64,000 nucleotides of DNA. Source: Curvularia clavata (lineage: Eukaryota). Position 1 is the stretch's first letter; each line of letters begins with the position of its first letter. The notes under the pieces are model-generated. The model was not told the DNA's origin. It searched no databases and saw only the letters and a program-made list of their open reading frames with translations. Shown here in pieces: positions 63,849 to 64,000 of the stretch. The stretch covers positions 1,178,001 to 1,242,000 of the forward strand of contig CP089275.1 in NCBI GenBank assembly GCA_023920165.1, written 5' to 3'. The translations under genes were made by a program, and so were the position numbers.

Positions 63849-64000
63849 ATGCCGGCCTTCCACCAGCAGCTGGATGCCCTTGCGGCGCAAATAGACACCA
63901 AGGTGGCCCGCGATGCCATTCTAACGCCTCGACAGCCTCTCATGGACGCGCCTGCAATCGCCTTCGATTCGCCCAAGGCGGCATCCATGGCCAAGCGCCA
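63849..64000 (+). CDS. Probable 5' end of a gene running off the window; product unknown
   Basis: GACCATGC start context after a C/A-rich leader; frame MPAFHQQLDALAAQIDTKVARDAILTPRQPLMDAP... stays open to the window edge. Confidence 0.45.
   Translation, partial: MPAFHQQLDALAAQIDTKVARDAILTPRQPLMDAPAIAFDSPKAASMAKR

Overview
Eukaryotic DNA from a filamentous ascomycete, probably a Dothideomycete. Evidence is short GT-AG introns with CTAAC/CTGAC branch points, Zn2Cys6 factors, a HET-domain gene and RIP-like mutation. Most of the window is a gene-dense core region. It holds two Zn2Cys6 TFs, an S10 carboxypeptidase, dCMP deaminase, ATG7, a NIPA Mg transporter, COG4, a GH125 glycosidase, an intron-containing tRNA-Val(CAC), nitronate monooxygenase, a HET protein and a GPI wall protein. 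It also holds a sterol esterase/lipase, PET191, a repeat-rich PAN/Apple protein, BTB and F-box proteins, an SDR, an Hst2 sirtuin and coactosin. An AT-rich, RIP-like island (~10.4-14.95 kb) sits between ATG7 and NIPA. It carries a stop-riddled F-box pseudogene, a Fot1/pogo transposase relic and one intact 14-Cys secreted effector candidate. The strongest leads are (i) a putative non-AUG (ATA) initiated, K/R/G-rich N-terminal extension on Hst2, (ii) the effector island, (iii) a secreted protein with four CX3C-Xn-CX2C modules, (iv) a GC-AG intron in dCMP deaminase and (v) an MLPP* uORF before the Mg transporter. All calls come from manual reading and motif recall; no searches were run, and exon boundaries are predictions.
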